DNA of 64,000 nucleotides, taken from an uncultured Solirubrobacteraceae bacterium (GTDB lineage: Bacteria; Actinomycetota; Thermoleophilia; Solirubrobacterales; Solirubrobacteraceae). The position numbers and the translations under genes were made by a program. The stretch's first letter is position 1, and each line of letters starts with the position of its first letter. A model generated the notes under the pieces. It made no database searches. It was not told where the DNA came from and worked only from the letters and a program-made list of their open reading frames with translations. Positions 29,038 to 38,652 of this stretch are shown here, piece after piece. Location of the stretch: assembly GCA_902806205.1 (NCBI GenBank), contig CADCVR010000102.1:17640-81639 (forward strand), given 5' to 3'.

Positions 29038-29208
29038 CTAGGAGCCTGTTGAAGAATCCGCGCACCCGCAGCGAACCACCTCGCGCGCACCAGCCGCCAC
29101 CCGATGACGCATCAATTCCAACCAGGATTGATCATGTCAACGGTCGTCGCCTGGCACGGGCGATGCGGCCCGCTGCGGCCACGCGGCTATTCATCACCAG
29201 GCTCCTAG
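29038..29208. mobile_element. MITE/REP-like end-to-end palindromic element, 163 bp flanked by CTAG on both sides
   Basis: Ends CTAG-GAGCCTG...CAGGCTC-CTAG; arms 29038-29119 and 29125-29208 pair at 62 of 81 aligned positions (manual count). Confidence 0.7.
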
Positions 29209-29224
29209 GCGCAGCGCGCGCGCC

Positions 29225-29878
29225 GTGATCAACGTCCTCACCGACAACCTCGACGACTTCGCCTCCGGCCTGTGGGTCACCACCCGCCTGGTCGCCGGCA
29301 GCTTCGTCGTGGCGCTCGTGCTGGGAACGCTGGTCGCGGCGCTGCGCGTCTCGGCCTCCGGGGCGCTTCGGCGTGTGGGCACCGTCTACGTCGAGATCTT
29401 TCGCAACGTCCCGCTGCTGGTCCTGCTGTTCATCGCCTTCCCCGGCGTGCTGCGCGGCGGCGTGGACATCTCGCCGTGGACCTCGGGCATCATCGCGCTC
29501 GGCGTCTACACCTCCGCCTACGTCGCCGAGGTGCTGCGCTCCGGCGTGGCGGCGGTGAGCACCGGGCAGCTGGAGGCCGGCCTGTCGCTCGGTTTCACGC
29601 CGGTCTCGGTGCTGCGGCGCATCGTGCTGCCGCAGGCGTTTCGCACCGTGATCGGGCCGCTCGGCTCGATCACCATCGCGATGATCAAGAACTCGGCGAT
29701 CGTCGGCGCGTCGATCGTCGCGCTGCCCGACATCCTCAAGGAGGCGCGGATCGTCAACTCGAACACGTTCCAGACCACCGAGGCGTTCTTCTGGGCGGCT
29801 GCCTGCTACCTGCTGCTCACCGTCACGCTCACCTTCGTCTTCCGCGGGCTCGAGTCCCGCTACGCCATCCGGCGGTAG
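29225..29878 (+). CDS. Amino acid ABC permease (GluC-like)
   Basis: FRNVPLLV, AEVLRSG...GQLEAG EAA motif. Confidence 0.93.
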   Translation: MINVLTDNLDDFASGLWVTTRLVAGSFVVALVLGTLVAALRVSASGALRRVGTVYVEIFRNVPLLVLLFIAFPGVLRGGVDISPWTSGIIALGVYTSAYVAEVLRSGVAAVSTGQLEAGLSLGFTPVSVLRRIVLPQAFRTVIGPLGSITIAMIKNSAIVGASIVALPDILKEARIVNSNTFQTTEAFFWAAACYLLLTVTLTFVFRGLESRYAIRR

Positions 29879-29884
29879 GACGGC

Positions 29885-30676
29885 ATGGGCTACCTCCTCG
29901 ATCCCGACAACTGGGAGTGGGTCTTCACGGGCAACAACGCCCGGTTCCTCCTGGAGGCCTTCGCGACCAACGTGCAGATCGCGGTGATCGCGATGGTCCT
30001 CGCGCTGGCGCTCGGTCTGGTGCTCGCGCTCATGGCGATCGCCACCCTGACCCCGGTGCGCCTCGCGGCCAAGGTCTGGGTGGACGTCTTCCGGAACATC
30101 CCGCTGATCCTGCTGATCCTCTACCTCGCGCTGTCGCTGCCGGAGTCCGTGCGCGACTTCTGGGTCGACGCCGCACCGGGCTTCCTGCCCGAGGCGCTGC
30201 GCTCGCAGTTCGTGCTCGCCGGCATCGGCGGCCTGGTGCTCTACAACTCGGCCGTGCTGGCCGAAGTCTTCCGTGCGGGGATCCTGTCGCTGGACTCGGG
30301 GCAGCGTGAGGCGGCCGCGGCGCTCGGGCTGACCTACCGCCAGCAGATGCGCCTCGTCGTCCTGCCGCAGGGGCTGCGCCGCATGGTGCCCGCGACCGTC
30401 TCCCAGCTCATCACGCTCAACAAGGACACGACGCTGGTCTCCATCATCGCCATCCAGGAGGTCGTGCGTTCGGGCCGCGTGCTCACCCAGACCGCGGGCA
30501 ACCCGTTCACCGGCGGCGGGGTCACCGCCCCGATCCTGCAGGTGATGATCTTCATCGGCGTGCTCTTCGTGATCGTCAACTTCGCCCTGTCGCGCCTCAG
30601 CGGCCGCCTGGAGGTTCGCGAGGGGCGCCGCACCGCCGTGAAGAAGCCTCCCGTCGCCGAGCCGGCGGCGGCGTGA
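29885..30676 (+). CDS. Amino acid ABC permease (GluD-like)
   Basis: FRNIPLIL, AEVFRAG...GQREAA, LNKDTTL. Confidence 0.93.
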   Translation: MGYLLDPDNWEWVFTGNNARFLLEAFATNVQIAVIAMVLALALGLVLALMAIATLTPVRLAAKVWVDVFRNIPLILLILYLALSLPESVRDFWVDAAPGFLPEALRSQFVLAGIGGLVLYNSAVLAEVFRAGILSLDSGQREAAAALGLTYRQQMRLVVLPQGLRRMVPATVSQLITLNKDTTLVSIIAIQEVVRSGRVLTQTAGNPFTGGGVTAPILQVMIFIGVLFVIVNFALSRLSGRLEVREGRRTAVKKPPVAEPAAA

Positions 30677-31608
30677 CGGCGGCCGTGGCCCTCGCGGACG
30701 TCCGCGCGGCGGCCGCACGACTGGCCGGCGTGGCGGTGCGCACCCCGGCGGTGCGCCTGCCCGGCACCGACGTGTGGCTGAAGCTCGAGTCGCTCCAGCG
30801 CACCGGGGCGTTCAAGTTCCGCGGCGCGTTCAACCTCGTCGCCCAGCTGGAGCCCGAGCAGCGCGGCCGCGGCCTGGTCGCCGCCTCCTCGGGCAACCAC
30901 GCGCAGGCGCTCGCGCTGGCAGCCCGGCTCCACGGGGTGCCCGCGACGGTCTTCATGCCGACCGACGCCCCCGCGGTCAAGCGCGCCGGAGCGGAGCGGC
31001 TCGGCGCCCGCGTCGTCGCCTACGAGCGTCTGGTCGACGACCGTGACGCGCTCGTCGCGGCGTTCGCCGAGGAGACGGGCGCGGTCGTCGTGCCCGCCTA
31101 CGACGACGCACGGATCGTGGCGGGCGCCGCAACCGCCGCCCTCGAGCTGCTGGAGGACGTGTCCGGGCTGGAGGCGCTCGTCGTTCCCACCGGTGGAGGG
31201 GGCTCGCTGGCGGGGTGGTCGGTCGTCGCGCCGCCGGAGGTCGAGCTCTACGGGGCCTGCCCGGCGGCCGCCGACGCGCCGCGGCGCTCGTTCCTCGCGG
31301 GTGCCCGCGAACGGGTGGTCGTGCGTCCTACGATCGCCGACGGCCTGCAGGTCGCCGTGCCCGGCGCGCTGAACTTCGCCACCTGGATGCCGCGCGTGCG
31401 CGACGTGGTGACCGTCGAGGACGCCGAGGTCGAGGCGGCGCTGCGGACGCTCGCGTTCCACGGCAAGCTCCTGGCCGAGCCGAGCGGCGCCGTCGCGCTG
31501 GCCGGGGTGCTCTCCGGCCGGCTCGCCCTCGACGGCCGGCGCGTCGGCGTGCTCGTCTCGGGCGGGAACGCCGACCCGGCGCTGCTGGCCCGGGTGCTGG
31601 CGAGCTGA
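30673..31608 (+). CDS. PLP-dependent Ser/Thr dehydratase-family ammonia-lyase, no ACT domain
   Basis: KLESLQRTGAFKFRGA, SSGNHAQ, EPSGA, SGGN. Confidence 0.92.
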   Translation: MTAAVALADVRAAAARLAGVAVRTPAVRLPGTDVWLKLESLQRTGAFKFRGAFNLVAQLEPEQRGRGLVAASSGNHAQALALAARLHGVPATVFMPTDAPAVKRAGAERLGARVVAYERLVDDRDALVAAFAEETGAVVVPAYDDARIVAGAATAALELLEDVSGLEALVVPTGGGGSLAGWSVVAPPEVELYGACPAAADAPRRSFLAGARERVVVRPTIADGLQVAVPGALNFATWMPRVRDVVTVEDAEVEAALRTLAFHGKLLAEPSGAVALAGVLSGRLALDGRRVGVLVSGGNADPALLARVLAS

Positions 31609-31732
31609 TCGCCCCGAGCCCGCGGCTCCCGAAGTCTGACGCGGGTCGAGTGCCGGACGACGCCCGAGGGGCGGGGTCAGATCGGCGCTCGGCCAGGAGC
31701 ACCGCGTCATGCGCATCTGCCAGCCTCGCGGG

Positions 31733-32185
31733 ATGTCCCACACGCTCCGCCCGGCCCGCCACGAGGACGTCGACCCGATGCTCGCCGCCTACGAGTGGCT
31801 CTTCGCTCCGCCGGGCTCCCAGCCGGCGCAGTGGCATCCCGAGCGCGCGCGGGAGACGCTCGCCTGGCTCGTCGACGCCGACGGCGCCACGGCGCTCGTC
31901 GCCGAGGCCGTTCCCGGCGCGCTCGTGGGACTCTGCACGGTGGCCCTCGACGTCCGCTCGGTGCGTTACGGGCAGCGCGCGTGGGTCGAGGATCTGGTGG
32001 TCGACCCGGCGCGACGCTCCACCGGCGTCGGCAGGGGGCTGCTGGACGCGGCGAAGGCGTGGGCGCGCGAGCGCGGCGCGACGCATCTCGAGCTCGATTC
32101 GGGCGACGCGCGCACCGCAGCGCACCGCTTCTACGAGCGGGAGTCCCCGAGCTGGACGACGCGGTGCTTCGGCTGGGCGCTGTGA
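31733..32185 (+). CDS. GNAT-family N-acetyltransferase
   Basis: VEDLVVDPARRSTGVGRGLL; AHRFYERE. Confidence 0.9.
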   Translation: MSHTLRPARHEDVDPMLAAYEWLFAPPGSQPAQWHPERARETLAWLVDADGATALVAEAVPGALVGLCTVALDVRSVRYGQRAWVEDLVVDPARRSTGVGRGLLDAAKAWARERGATHLELDSGDARTAAHRFYERESPSWTTRCFGWAL

Positions 32186-34212
32186 GCGTTCCCGGCGTGA
32201 GTCCCGTGCCCGACCCCGAGCAGAGCCGCGTCGAAGCGCTGGCCGCCGACCTGCGGCGCCTGCGGGAGCGGTACTACGCCGGGGAGCCCGAAGTCGACGA
32301 CGTCACCTACGACGGGCGGGAGGACGAGCTGCGCGCGCTCCTGGCCGCCCGGCCGGAGCTCACCCCCGCCGACAACCCGCTCGAGCAGGTCGGCGCCGCC
32401 CCGCGCGGCGGCCGCCGCGCGATCCGCCACGCGCGGCCGATGCTCTCGCTCGCGAAGGTCAGTCCCGACGCGCGCGCGGAGGGCGTGCGGGAGTTCGTCG
32501 AGCGCTTCCCGGGCCAGCCGCTCCGGGTGACGCCCAAGCTCGACGGCGTCTCGCTCTCGGTCGTCTACGAGGACGGCGCACTGGCCTACGTCGCCACGCG
32601 CGGTGACGGCACGACCGGGGAGGACGTGACGCACGCCACGCGCCACGTCGTCACGAACCTTCCCCGGACGCTCGACGGGGTGTCCGGCCGCGCGGAGGTC
32701 CGCGGCGAGGCGGTGATGCTCGGCTCGGTCTTCGCCGCCTACAACGCGGGACACCCGGACAAGCCGCTGGCCAACCCGCGCAACGCGTGCGCGGGCACCC
32801 TGCTGCAGAAGGACCCCGAGGCCGCCGCCGCGGAGGGTCGGGTGCTTCACTTCTTCGCCTTCGACGCCGACGGCCCACCGGTCTCCGCGCTCCCCGCGCA
32901 CGGCTTCGCGGTTCCCGAGGTCGCGAAAGTCACGGGCGCCGATGCGGTGCTCGCGGTCATCGCACGCATCGAGGCCGGGCGCACGGCGAACGACTTCGAC
33001 ATCGACGGCGCGGTGGTGCGTCTCGACGACGAGCGCGCCTACGCCGCGGCGGGCAGTCGCTCGAACACCCCGCGCGGCGCGGTGGCCGTCAAGCTCGCCG
33101 CCGAGGAGCGTGAAACGCTCCTGCGCGACGTCGCCTGGGAGGTCGGCCCGGGCGGTAAGGTCGTCCCGCGCGCGGTGCTCGAACCGGTCTTCGTCGGCGG
33201 GACCACCGTCTCGAGCGCGACCCTCGCCAACCAGGAGGTGCTCCGCAGCCGGGGAGTGAAGGTCGGGATGCGGGTGCTCGTGCGCCGGGCGGGGGACGTC
33301 ATCCCGTTCGTCAGTGGCCCCGCACCCGGTCCGCAGCCCGACGGGATGCGGGACGCCGAGATCCCGGCGAACTGCCCCTCCTGCGGCACCGCCCTCGACG
33401 AGCGCGGCAACTCGCGGGAACTGCTCTGTCCGAACCTCGACTGCCCGGCGCAGACCCTCCGCCGCCTGCAGTGGTGGGCCGGCCGGGCGGCCGCCGACAT
33501 GGAGGCCGTCGGCGCGACCTGGATCGCCCGCCTGTACGCGGACGGCAAGCTCGCCTCGCCCGCGGACTTCTACGCGCTCGGCGTCGACGACCTCCTGGCC
33601 TACGACGGCATGGGGGAGGTGAGCGCGAAGCGCTTCGTCGACTCGGTCGAGCGCTCCAAGGCGCTCGGCATGCGTCGCGCGCTGATCGGCTTCGGGATCC
33701 GCCACGCGCGCGAGGGCGTCGCCAAGCGCCTGGCCCTGGCGGGCTACGAGCGCGTCGAGGACGTCGCTGCGGCCGGCGCCGAGGAGCTCGCGACCGTGAA
33801 GGACATCGGCGCCGTGGTGGCCGCGTCGATCGAGGAGTACTTCGGGCGCGACGACGTCACGGCGATGCTGGAGCAGCTTCGCGGCCACGGCGTCTCGCTC
33901 GACGTGCGCGACGAGGACCGCCCCGTCGACGTGGCCGAGGCGGGGGAGACGCCGCTCATGGGCGCGACGGTCGTCGTCACCGGCGCCCTCGTGCACCCCG
34001 ACACCGCCGAGAAGGTGACCCGGCCCGCGTTCATCCGGCTGCTCGAGCGCGCGGGCGCGACGAGCGCGACGTCGGTCTCGGCCGCGACGTCGTTGTTGAT
34101 CACGGGCGACGACGTGGGCGCGCAGAAGACGGCGAAGGCCGCCAAGCTCGAGGTCCCCGTCGTCGACCAGGCCGCCGTCTGGCAGTGGCTGCGCGAGGCG
34201 GGCGTGGCGTAG
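32182..34212 (+). CDS. ligA: NAD-dependent DNA ligase, divergent LigA
   Basis: KLDG, TRGDG, EVRGE, NPRNA, RRAGDVIP, CPSC...C...C Zn finger, HhH repeats, BRCT. Confidence 0.9.
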   Translation: MSVPGVSPVPDPEQSRVEALAADLRRLRERYYAGEPEVDDVTYDGREDELRALLAARPELTPADNPLEQVGAAPRGGRRAIRHARPMLSLAKVSPDARAEGVREFVERFPGQPLRVTPKLDGVSLSVVYEDGALAYVATRGDGTTGEDVTHATRHVVTNLPRTLDGVSGRAEVRGEAVMLGSVFAAYNAGHPDKPLANPRNACAGTLLQKDPEAAAAEGRVLHFFAFDADGPPVSALPAHGFAVPEVAKVTGADAVLAVIARIEAGRTANDFDIDGAVVRLDDERAYAAAGSRSNTPRGAVAVKLAAEERETLLRDVAWEVGPGGKVVPRAVLEPVFVGGTTVSSATLANQEVLRSRGVKVGMRVLVRRAGDVIPFVSGPAPGPQPDGMRDAEIPANCPSCGTALDERGNSRELLCPNLDCPAQTLRRLQWWAGRAAADMEAVGATWIARLYADGKLASPADFYALGVDDLLAYDGMGEVSAKRFVDSVERSKALGMRRALIGFGIRHAREGVAKRLALAGYERVEDVAAAGAEELATVKDIGAVVAASIEEYFGRDDVTAMLEQLRGHGVSLDVRDEDRPVDVAEAGETPLMGATVVVTGALVHPDTAEKVTRPAFIRLLERAGATSATSVSAATSLLITGDDVGAQKTAKAAKLEVPVVDQAAVWQWLREAGVA

Positions 34213-34292
34213 GCGCGCGGCGGCGCTCGCGCTACCCGTCGCCGGGGCACAGCCGAAAACGAGATCCGGCGGGTGCCGGGCCCTAGCCTCGC

Positions 34293-35261
34293 GTGATGCT
34301 CGCCGCCTACGCCGCCCGCCAGAACCCCGAAGAACCGCTCGCGGGTCTGGAGGTCGGGGAGGTCCCAGAGCCGGAGGTCCCGCAGGGATGGACGACGGTG
34401 ACGGTGCGCGCCGCGTCGCTCAACCACCACGACCTGTGGTCGCTGCGGGGGGTCGGGCTGCGCGCGGAGGCCCTGCCGATGGTCCTCGGCTGCGATGCGG
34501 CCGGCATCGACGAGGACGGCGAGGAGGTCGTCGTGCACGGTGTCGTCGCGTCAGACGGGTGGAGTGGCGACGAGACCCTCGACCCCAAGCGATCGCTGCT
34601 TTCGGAGCGGCACCCGGGGACCTTCTCAGAGCGTGTCGCGGTGCCGCGCCACAATCTCATCGCCAAGCCCGCGGCGCTCTCCTTCGAGCACGCCGCCTGC
34701 CTTCCGACGGCGTGGCTGACGGCCTACCGGATGCTCTTCACCCGTGCCGCAGCCGCCCCGGGCTCGACGGTCCTGGTGCAGGGTGCCGGCGGCGGCGTCG
34801 CGACGGCGGCGATCGTGCTCGGCGCCGCGGCGGGCATCCGCGTCTGGGCGACGAGCCGCTCGGAGGAGAAGCGCGCCCGCGCGCTCGAGCTCGGTGCCGA
34901 CCGGGTCTTCGAGCCGGGAGCGCGGCTGCCCGAGCGCGTCGATGCGGTGATCGAGACCGTCGGCCAGGCGACCTGGGCCCACTCGCTGCGCGCGCTCAAG
35001 CCGGGCGGGGCGCTTGTCGTCTCGGGCGCCACGAGCGGCGACGCCCCGTCCGCCGAGCTCAAGCGCACGTTCTTCCTCCAGCTCCGCGTGCTCGGCTCGA
35101 CGATGGGATCGCGCGACGAGCTCGCCCGCCTGGTCCAGCTGTGCGCCAGCGGCGCCGTGACGCCGCTGATCGACTCGACGATGCCGCTGGCCGCCGCCCG
35201 TGACGGATTCGCCGCGATGGCCTCCGGCGAGCTGTTCGGCAAGGTCGTCTTCACGGTCTGA
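34293..35261 (+). CDS. Zinc-binding dehydrogenase / NADPH:quinone oxidoreductase (MDR family)
   Basis: ASLNHHD, PTAWLTAY, VQGAGGGVA, LGSTMGS. Confidence 0.92.
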   Translation: MMLAAYAARQNPEEPLAGLEVGEVPEPEVPQGWTTVTVRAASLNHHDLWSLRGVGLRAEALPMVLGCDAAGIDEDGEEVVVHGVVASDGWSGDETLDPKRSLLSERHPGTFSERVAVPRHNLIAKPAALSFEHAACLPTAWLTAYRMLFTRAAAAPGSTVLVQGAGGGVATAAIVLGAAAGIRVWATSRSEEKRARALELGADRVFEPGARLPERVDAVIETVGQATWAHSLRALKPGGALVVSGATSGDAPSAELKRTFFLQLRVLGSTMGSRDELARLVQLCASGAVTPLIDSTMPLAAARDGFAAMASGELFGKVVFTV

Positions 35262-35267
35262 GGTATC

Positions 35268-35474
35268 TCAGTCCAGCCGGAAGCCGATCTTCACCGTCAC
35301 CTGGAAGTGGGAGAGCGTCTGGTTCTCGATGTGGCCTCGCGTCTCGACGACCTCGAACCACTCGAGGTTGCGAACGGTCTCGGCGGCCTTGGCCACGGCC
35401 ACGCGCACGGCCTCCTGAATGCTCTCGGTCGACGAGCCGGTGACCTCGATGCTCTTGTAGACGTGATCGGACAT
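35268..35474 (-). CDS. Dodecin (flavin-binding)
   Basis: [11 protein letters not shown]...WFEV...FQVTVKIGF. Confidence 0.95.
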   Translation of the reverse strand: MSDHVYKSIEVTGSSTESIQEAVRVAVAKAAETVRNLEWFEVVETRGHIENQTLSHFQVTVKIGFRLD

Positions 35475-35557
35475 GGATCCTCCTCGTGGGATGTCGGCGG
35501 TGCAGGCCCCCTACCGCACCCGGCCGCAGCTCACGCCCGGAGCCGACGACCTCGGGG

Positions 35558-35827
35558 CTACGCGGCGTACCGGCGCTGCGCGCGGGCACGGGCCTTGACG
35601 GCCTCGGTCTCGCGGTCCTTCGGGGGTGCGCTCGTCGTCAGCCCGTCCAGCAACTCACGGGAGGCCGCCGTGACCGCCTCGACGGCGCGCGCGAACACCT
35701 CCTCGTTGGCCTGCGACGGTTTCGTCGCGCCGCTGATCTTGCGGACGTACTGCAGCGCGGCGGCGCGAATCTCGTCGTCCGTGACGGCGGGCTCGAAGTT
35801 GTGCAGGGTGCGGATGTTCCGACACAT
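35558..35827 (-). CDS. DUF2277 family protein
   Basis: MCRNIRTLHNFEP...AALQYVRKISG. Confidence 0.9.
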   Translation of the reverse strand: MCRNIRTLHNFEPAVTDDEIRAAALQYVRKISGATKPSQANEEVFARAVEAVTAASRELLDGLTTSAPPKDRETEAVKARARAQRRYAA

Positions 35828-35877
35828 GCCCCCCAGCGTAGAAGCGCGGGCGCCGCAGCGCCACCTGCGGTCCTACG

Positions 35878-36471
35878 ATGCAGGGCGTGAGCATCACGGT
35901 GGAAGGCCCGGGACCTCCCGTCCGGGAGATCGACCTGCCGGCGGCTGAGGCCGCGGCCCGCGCGCTGCTCGTCGCGCTCGGAGTGGACTTGAGCACTCCG
36001 GGCATCGCCGACACCCCGCGTCGCGTGGCCACCGCCTACGCCGAGCTGTTGACCCCGGTGCCGTTCGTCGCGACGACGTTCCCGAACGACGAGGGCTACG
36101 ACGAACTGGTCGTCGCGCGGGACATCCCGTTCCACTCGCTCTGCATGCACCACATGCTCCCGTTCCACGGCGTCGCCCACGTCGCCTACCTGCCGGGGGA
36201 GCGAATCGTCGGGTTGTCGAAGCTCGCCCGGGTCGTCGAGTCGTTCTCGCGCGACCTGCAGGTGCAGGAGCGCCTGACGATGCAGGTCGCGGGGTGGATG
36301 GAGGAGACGCTGAGACCCCGCGGCGTCGGAGTCGTGCTCGAGGCCGAGCACGCCTGCATCGCGCTGCGCGGCGTACGCAAACCCGGCTCGCGGGCGGTGA
36401 CGTCGGCGCTGCGCGGCCTCCTCCGCGACGACGCGCGGACGCGGAACGAGTTCCTGACGCTCGTGCGCTGA
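35878..36471 (+). CDS. folE: GTP cyclohydrolase I
   Basis: TPRRV, SLCMHHMLPF, GLSKLARVV, QVQERLT, HAC. Confidence 0.93.
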   Translation: MQGVSITVEGPGPPVREIDLPAAEAAARALLVALGVDLSTPGIADTPRRVATAYAELLTPVPFVATTFPNDEGYDELVVARDIPFHSLCMHHMLPFHGVAHVAYLPGERIVGLSKLARVVESFSRDLQVQERLTMQVAGWMEETLRPRGVGVVLEAEHACIALRGVRKPGSRAVTSALRGLLRDDARTRNEFLTLVR

Positions 36472-36509
36472 CATTCGCACGGACGTGCGGATGGGCTAGG
36501 CTGCAGTGC

Positions 36510-36866
36510 GTGAGCGACGACGGGTGCGACCTGCTGTGCCTCGATCTCCCGAAGGCCGAGGCGATCCGCCTCACGTTGCCGGACGCGGGCCGGCTCGCCG
36601 CCTGGGCGGACGCGGCGAAGGCGCTGACGGACCCCACCCGCCTCTCGATCGTGCTCAGCCTGAGGGAGGGCGGCGCCACCTGCGTCTGCGACCTGGCCTG
36701 GATCGTCGGGCGTCCCGAGAAGCTCGTCTCCCACCACCTGCGCCTGCTCAGGGCCGCGGGCGCCGCGAGCTCGCGGCGTGACAGGCGGATGGTCATGTAC
36801 GAGCTCACTCCGGCCGGGCACACGCTCGTCGACGGCCTGCTGCGGGCGGCGGAAGCGGTGAGATGA
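36510..36866 (+). CDS. ArsR/SmtB metalloregulator, CadC-like
   Basis: CDLLC N-terminal pair plus CVCDLA; VSHHLRLL helix. Confidence 0.88.
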   Translation: MSDDGCDLLCLDLPKAEAIRLTLPDAGRLAAWADAAKALTDPTRLSIVLSLREGGATCVCDLAWIVGRPEKLVSHHLRLLRAAGAASSRRDRRMVMYELTPAGHTLVDGLLRAAEAVR

Positions 36867-37591
36867 GCACCCTCGCCGAGCTGGACGTGACCGGCGACGC
36901 CCCGGCGCCGGCTCCCCTGACGCGGGCCGCCTACGCCGCCCTGGCGGGACGGGTGAAACTGCTGTCGTGGCTGTCGCTGGCGTGGATGACCGTCGAGGGC
37001 GTCGTGGCGCTCGTCGCCGGCTTCTCTGCGGGCTCGATCGCATTGGTCGGATTCGGCCTGGACTCCGTCGTCGAGGGCGTGGCAAGCGTGGTGATCATCT
37101 GGCGCTTCACAGGCGGTCGCGTCTTCTCCGAGGCGGCCGAGCGGCGCTCGCAGACGCTCGTCGCGTGGCAGTTCTTCCTGCTGGCGCCCTACGTCGCCGC
37201 GGAGTCGGTGCGCGGGCTCCTCACGGGCGAGCGCCCGGACGTGACCGAAGTGGGCATCGCGCTCGCGGTCGGCTCGGTCGTCCTCATGCCGCTGCTGGGT
37301 CTCGCCAAGCAACGGCTGGCCGATCAGCTCGGCTCCGCGGCGACGCGGGGCGAGGGCCGGCAGAACATGCTCTGCGCGTACCTCGCGGGAGCGCTGCTCG
37401 TCGGTCTGCTCGCCAACGCGCTCCTCGGGGCCTGGTGGCTGGACGGTGCGGTGGGGCTGCTCATCGCCGCGGTCGCCGTCAAGGAGGGTCGGGACGCGCT
37501 GCGCGGCGACGGCTGCGGCTGCTGCGCCTCACCGCTGGAGGGCGCACTCGTGGCCGACGACGAGAGCTGCCCGGAAGCGTGCTGCCGATGA
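36863..37591 (+). CDS. CDF-related cation transporter lacking the cytosolic C-terminal domain
   Basis: SIALVGFGLDSVVE, LGSAATRGEG, WWLDG; Cys-rich tail CGCC...CPEACC. Confidence 0.8.
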   Translation: MSTLAELDVTGDAPAPAPLTRAAYAALAGRVKLLSWLSLAWMTVEGVVALVAGFSAGSIALVGFGLDSVVEGVASVVIIWRFTGGRVFSEAAERRSQTLVAWQFFLLAPYVAAESVRGLLTGERPDVTEVGIALAVGSVVLMPLLGLAKQRLADQLGSAATRGEGRQNMLCAYLAGALLVGLLANALLGAWWLDGAVGLLIAAVAVKEGRDALRGDGCGCCASPLEGALVADDESCPEACCR

Positions 37592-38502
37592 GCGGGCACG
37601 CGCATCCCCACGCGGGACACGTCCACGCGCCGTCGCCCGGTGCCGACCGCGGGAAGCTCGCGTTCGCCCTCTCGCTGATCGTCGGCTTCATGCTCGTCGA
37701 GGTCGCCGCCGGCCTCGTCGCGGGGTCGGTGGCGCTGCTCTCCGACGCCGCGCACATGGTCACCGACGCCGGATCGATCGCGCTGGCGCTGACCGCCGCC
37801 CGTCTGGCCGCCCGCCCCGTCAGCGCCGGCTTCACCTTCGGCCTCAAGCGCGCCGAGATCCTCTCCGCCCAGCTCAACGGCGCGGCGCTTCTAGTGCTCG
37901 CCGCGGTGCTGGCCTGGGAGTCCCTGGGTCGTCTCGGCGGGGGCGGGCCGGATGTCGAGGGCGCCGTCGTCGTCGTGGTCGGCGCGCTGGGCGCGCTGGT
38001 CAACGTCGCCGCTGCCTGGTCGCTGGCGCGCGCGGAGCGCCGCTCGCTGAACCTCGAGGGCGCCCGCCAGCATCTGCTCGCCGACCTCTACGGTTCCCTG
38101 GCCGCGATCGTCGGCGGCCTGGTCGTCCTGCTGGCCGGCGTCCGGGAGGCCGATCCGATCGCCGCGCTCGTCGTGGTCGCGCTCATGCTGCGCTCGGGCT
38201 GGAGCCTCGTGCGCGCGAGCTCGCGCGTGCTGCTCGAGGCGGCGCCGAAGGGTCTCGACACGGAGGCGATCGGACGCGCGCTGTGCTCGCACCCGGGCAT
38301 CGTCGAGGTCCACGACCTGCACGTGTGGGAGCTGACGACGGACTTCCCGGCGCTCTCGGCTCATGTCCTGGTGGCGCCGGGCGACGACTGCCACGGCCGG
38401 CGCGTGGAACTCGAGCGCGTGCTGCGGGAGCGCTTCTCCATCGCGCACACGACGCTGCAGGTCGACCACGAGCACCGCGACGAGCTGCTGAACCTGAGCT
38501 GA
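37588..38502 (+). CDS. Cation diffusion facilitator (CzcD/ZitB-like)
   Basis: His-rich N-terminus, LLSDAAHM, HLLADL, HDLHVW, HTTLQVDH. Confidence 0.93.
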   Translation: MSGHAHPHAGHVHAPSPGADRGKLAFALSLIVGFMLVEVAAGLVAGSVALLSDAAHMVTDAGSIALALTAARLAARPVSAGFTFGLKRAEILSAQLNGAALLVLAAVLAWESLGRLGGGGPDVEGAVVVVVGALGALVNVAAAWSLARAERRSLNLEGARQHLLADLYGSLAAIVGGLVVLLAGVREADPIAALVVVALMLRSGWSLVRASSRVLLEAAPKGLDTEAIGRALCSHPGIVEVHDLHVWELTTDFPALSAHVLVAPGDDCHGRRVELERVLRERFSIAHTTLQVDHEHRDELLNLS

Positions 38503-38582
38503 CGAGCCGCCGAGGCCATCGGTTCACGACGGCCCGCGCGGCGCCTCTCGTGTGACCGTCGATGTGCTCGGCCAGAACGCAA

Positions 38583-38611
38583 GGAGGCCCAGGCGCGTTG
38601 CCTGGGCCTCC
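38583..38611. terminator. GC-rich hairpin between convergent genes
   Basis: GGAGGCCCAGGC-GCGTT-GCCTGGGCCTCC, perfect 12-bp stem. Confidence 0.6.
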
Positions 38612-38652
38612 GGAGGGACAGGGTGATGGCGCTCCGTCAAGGAGTGCCGGGA

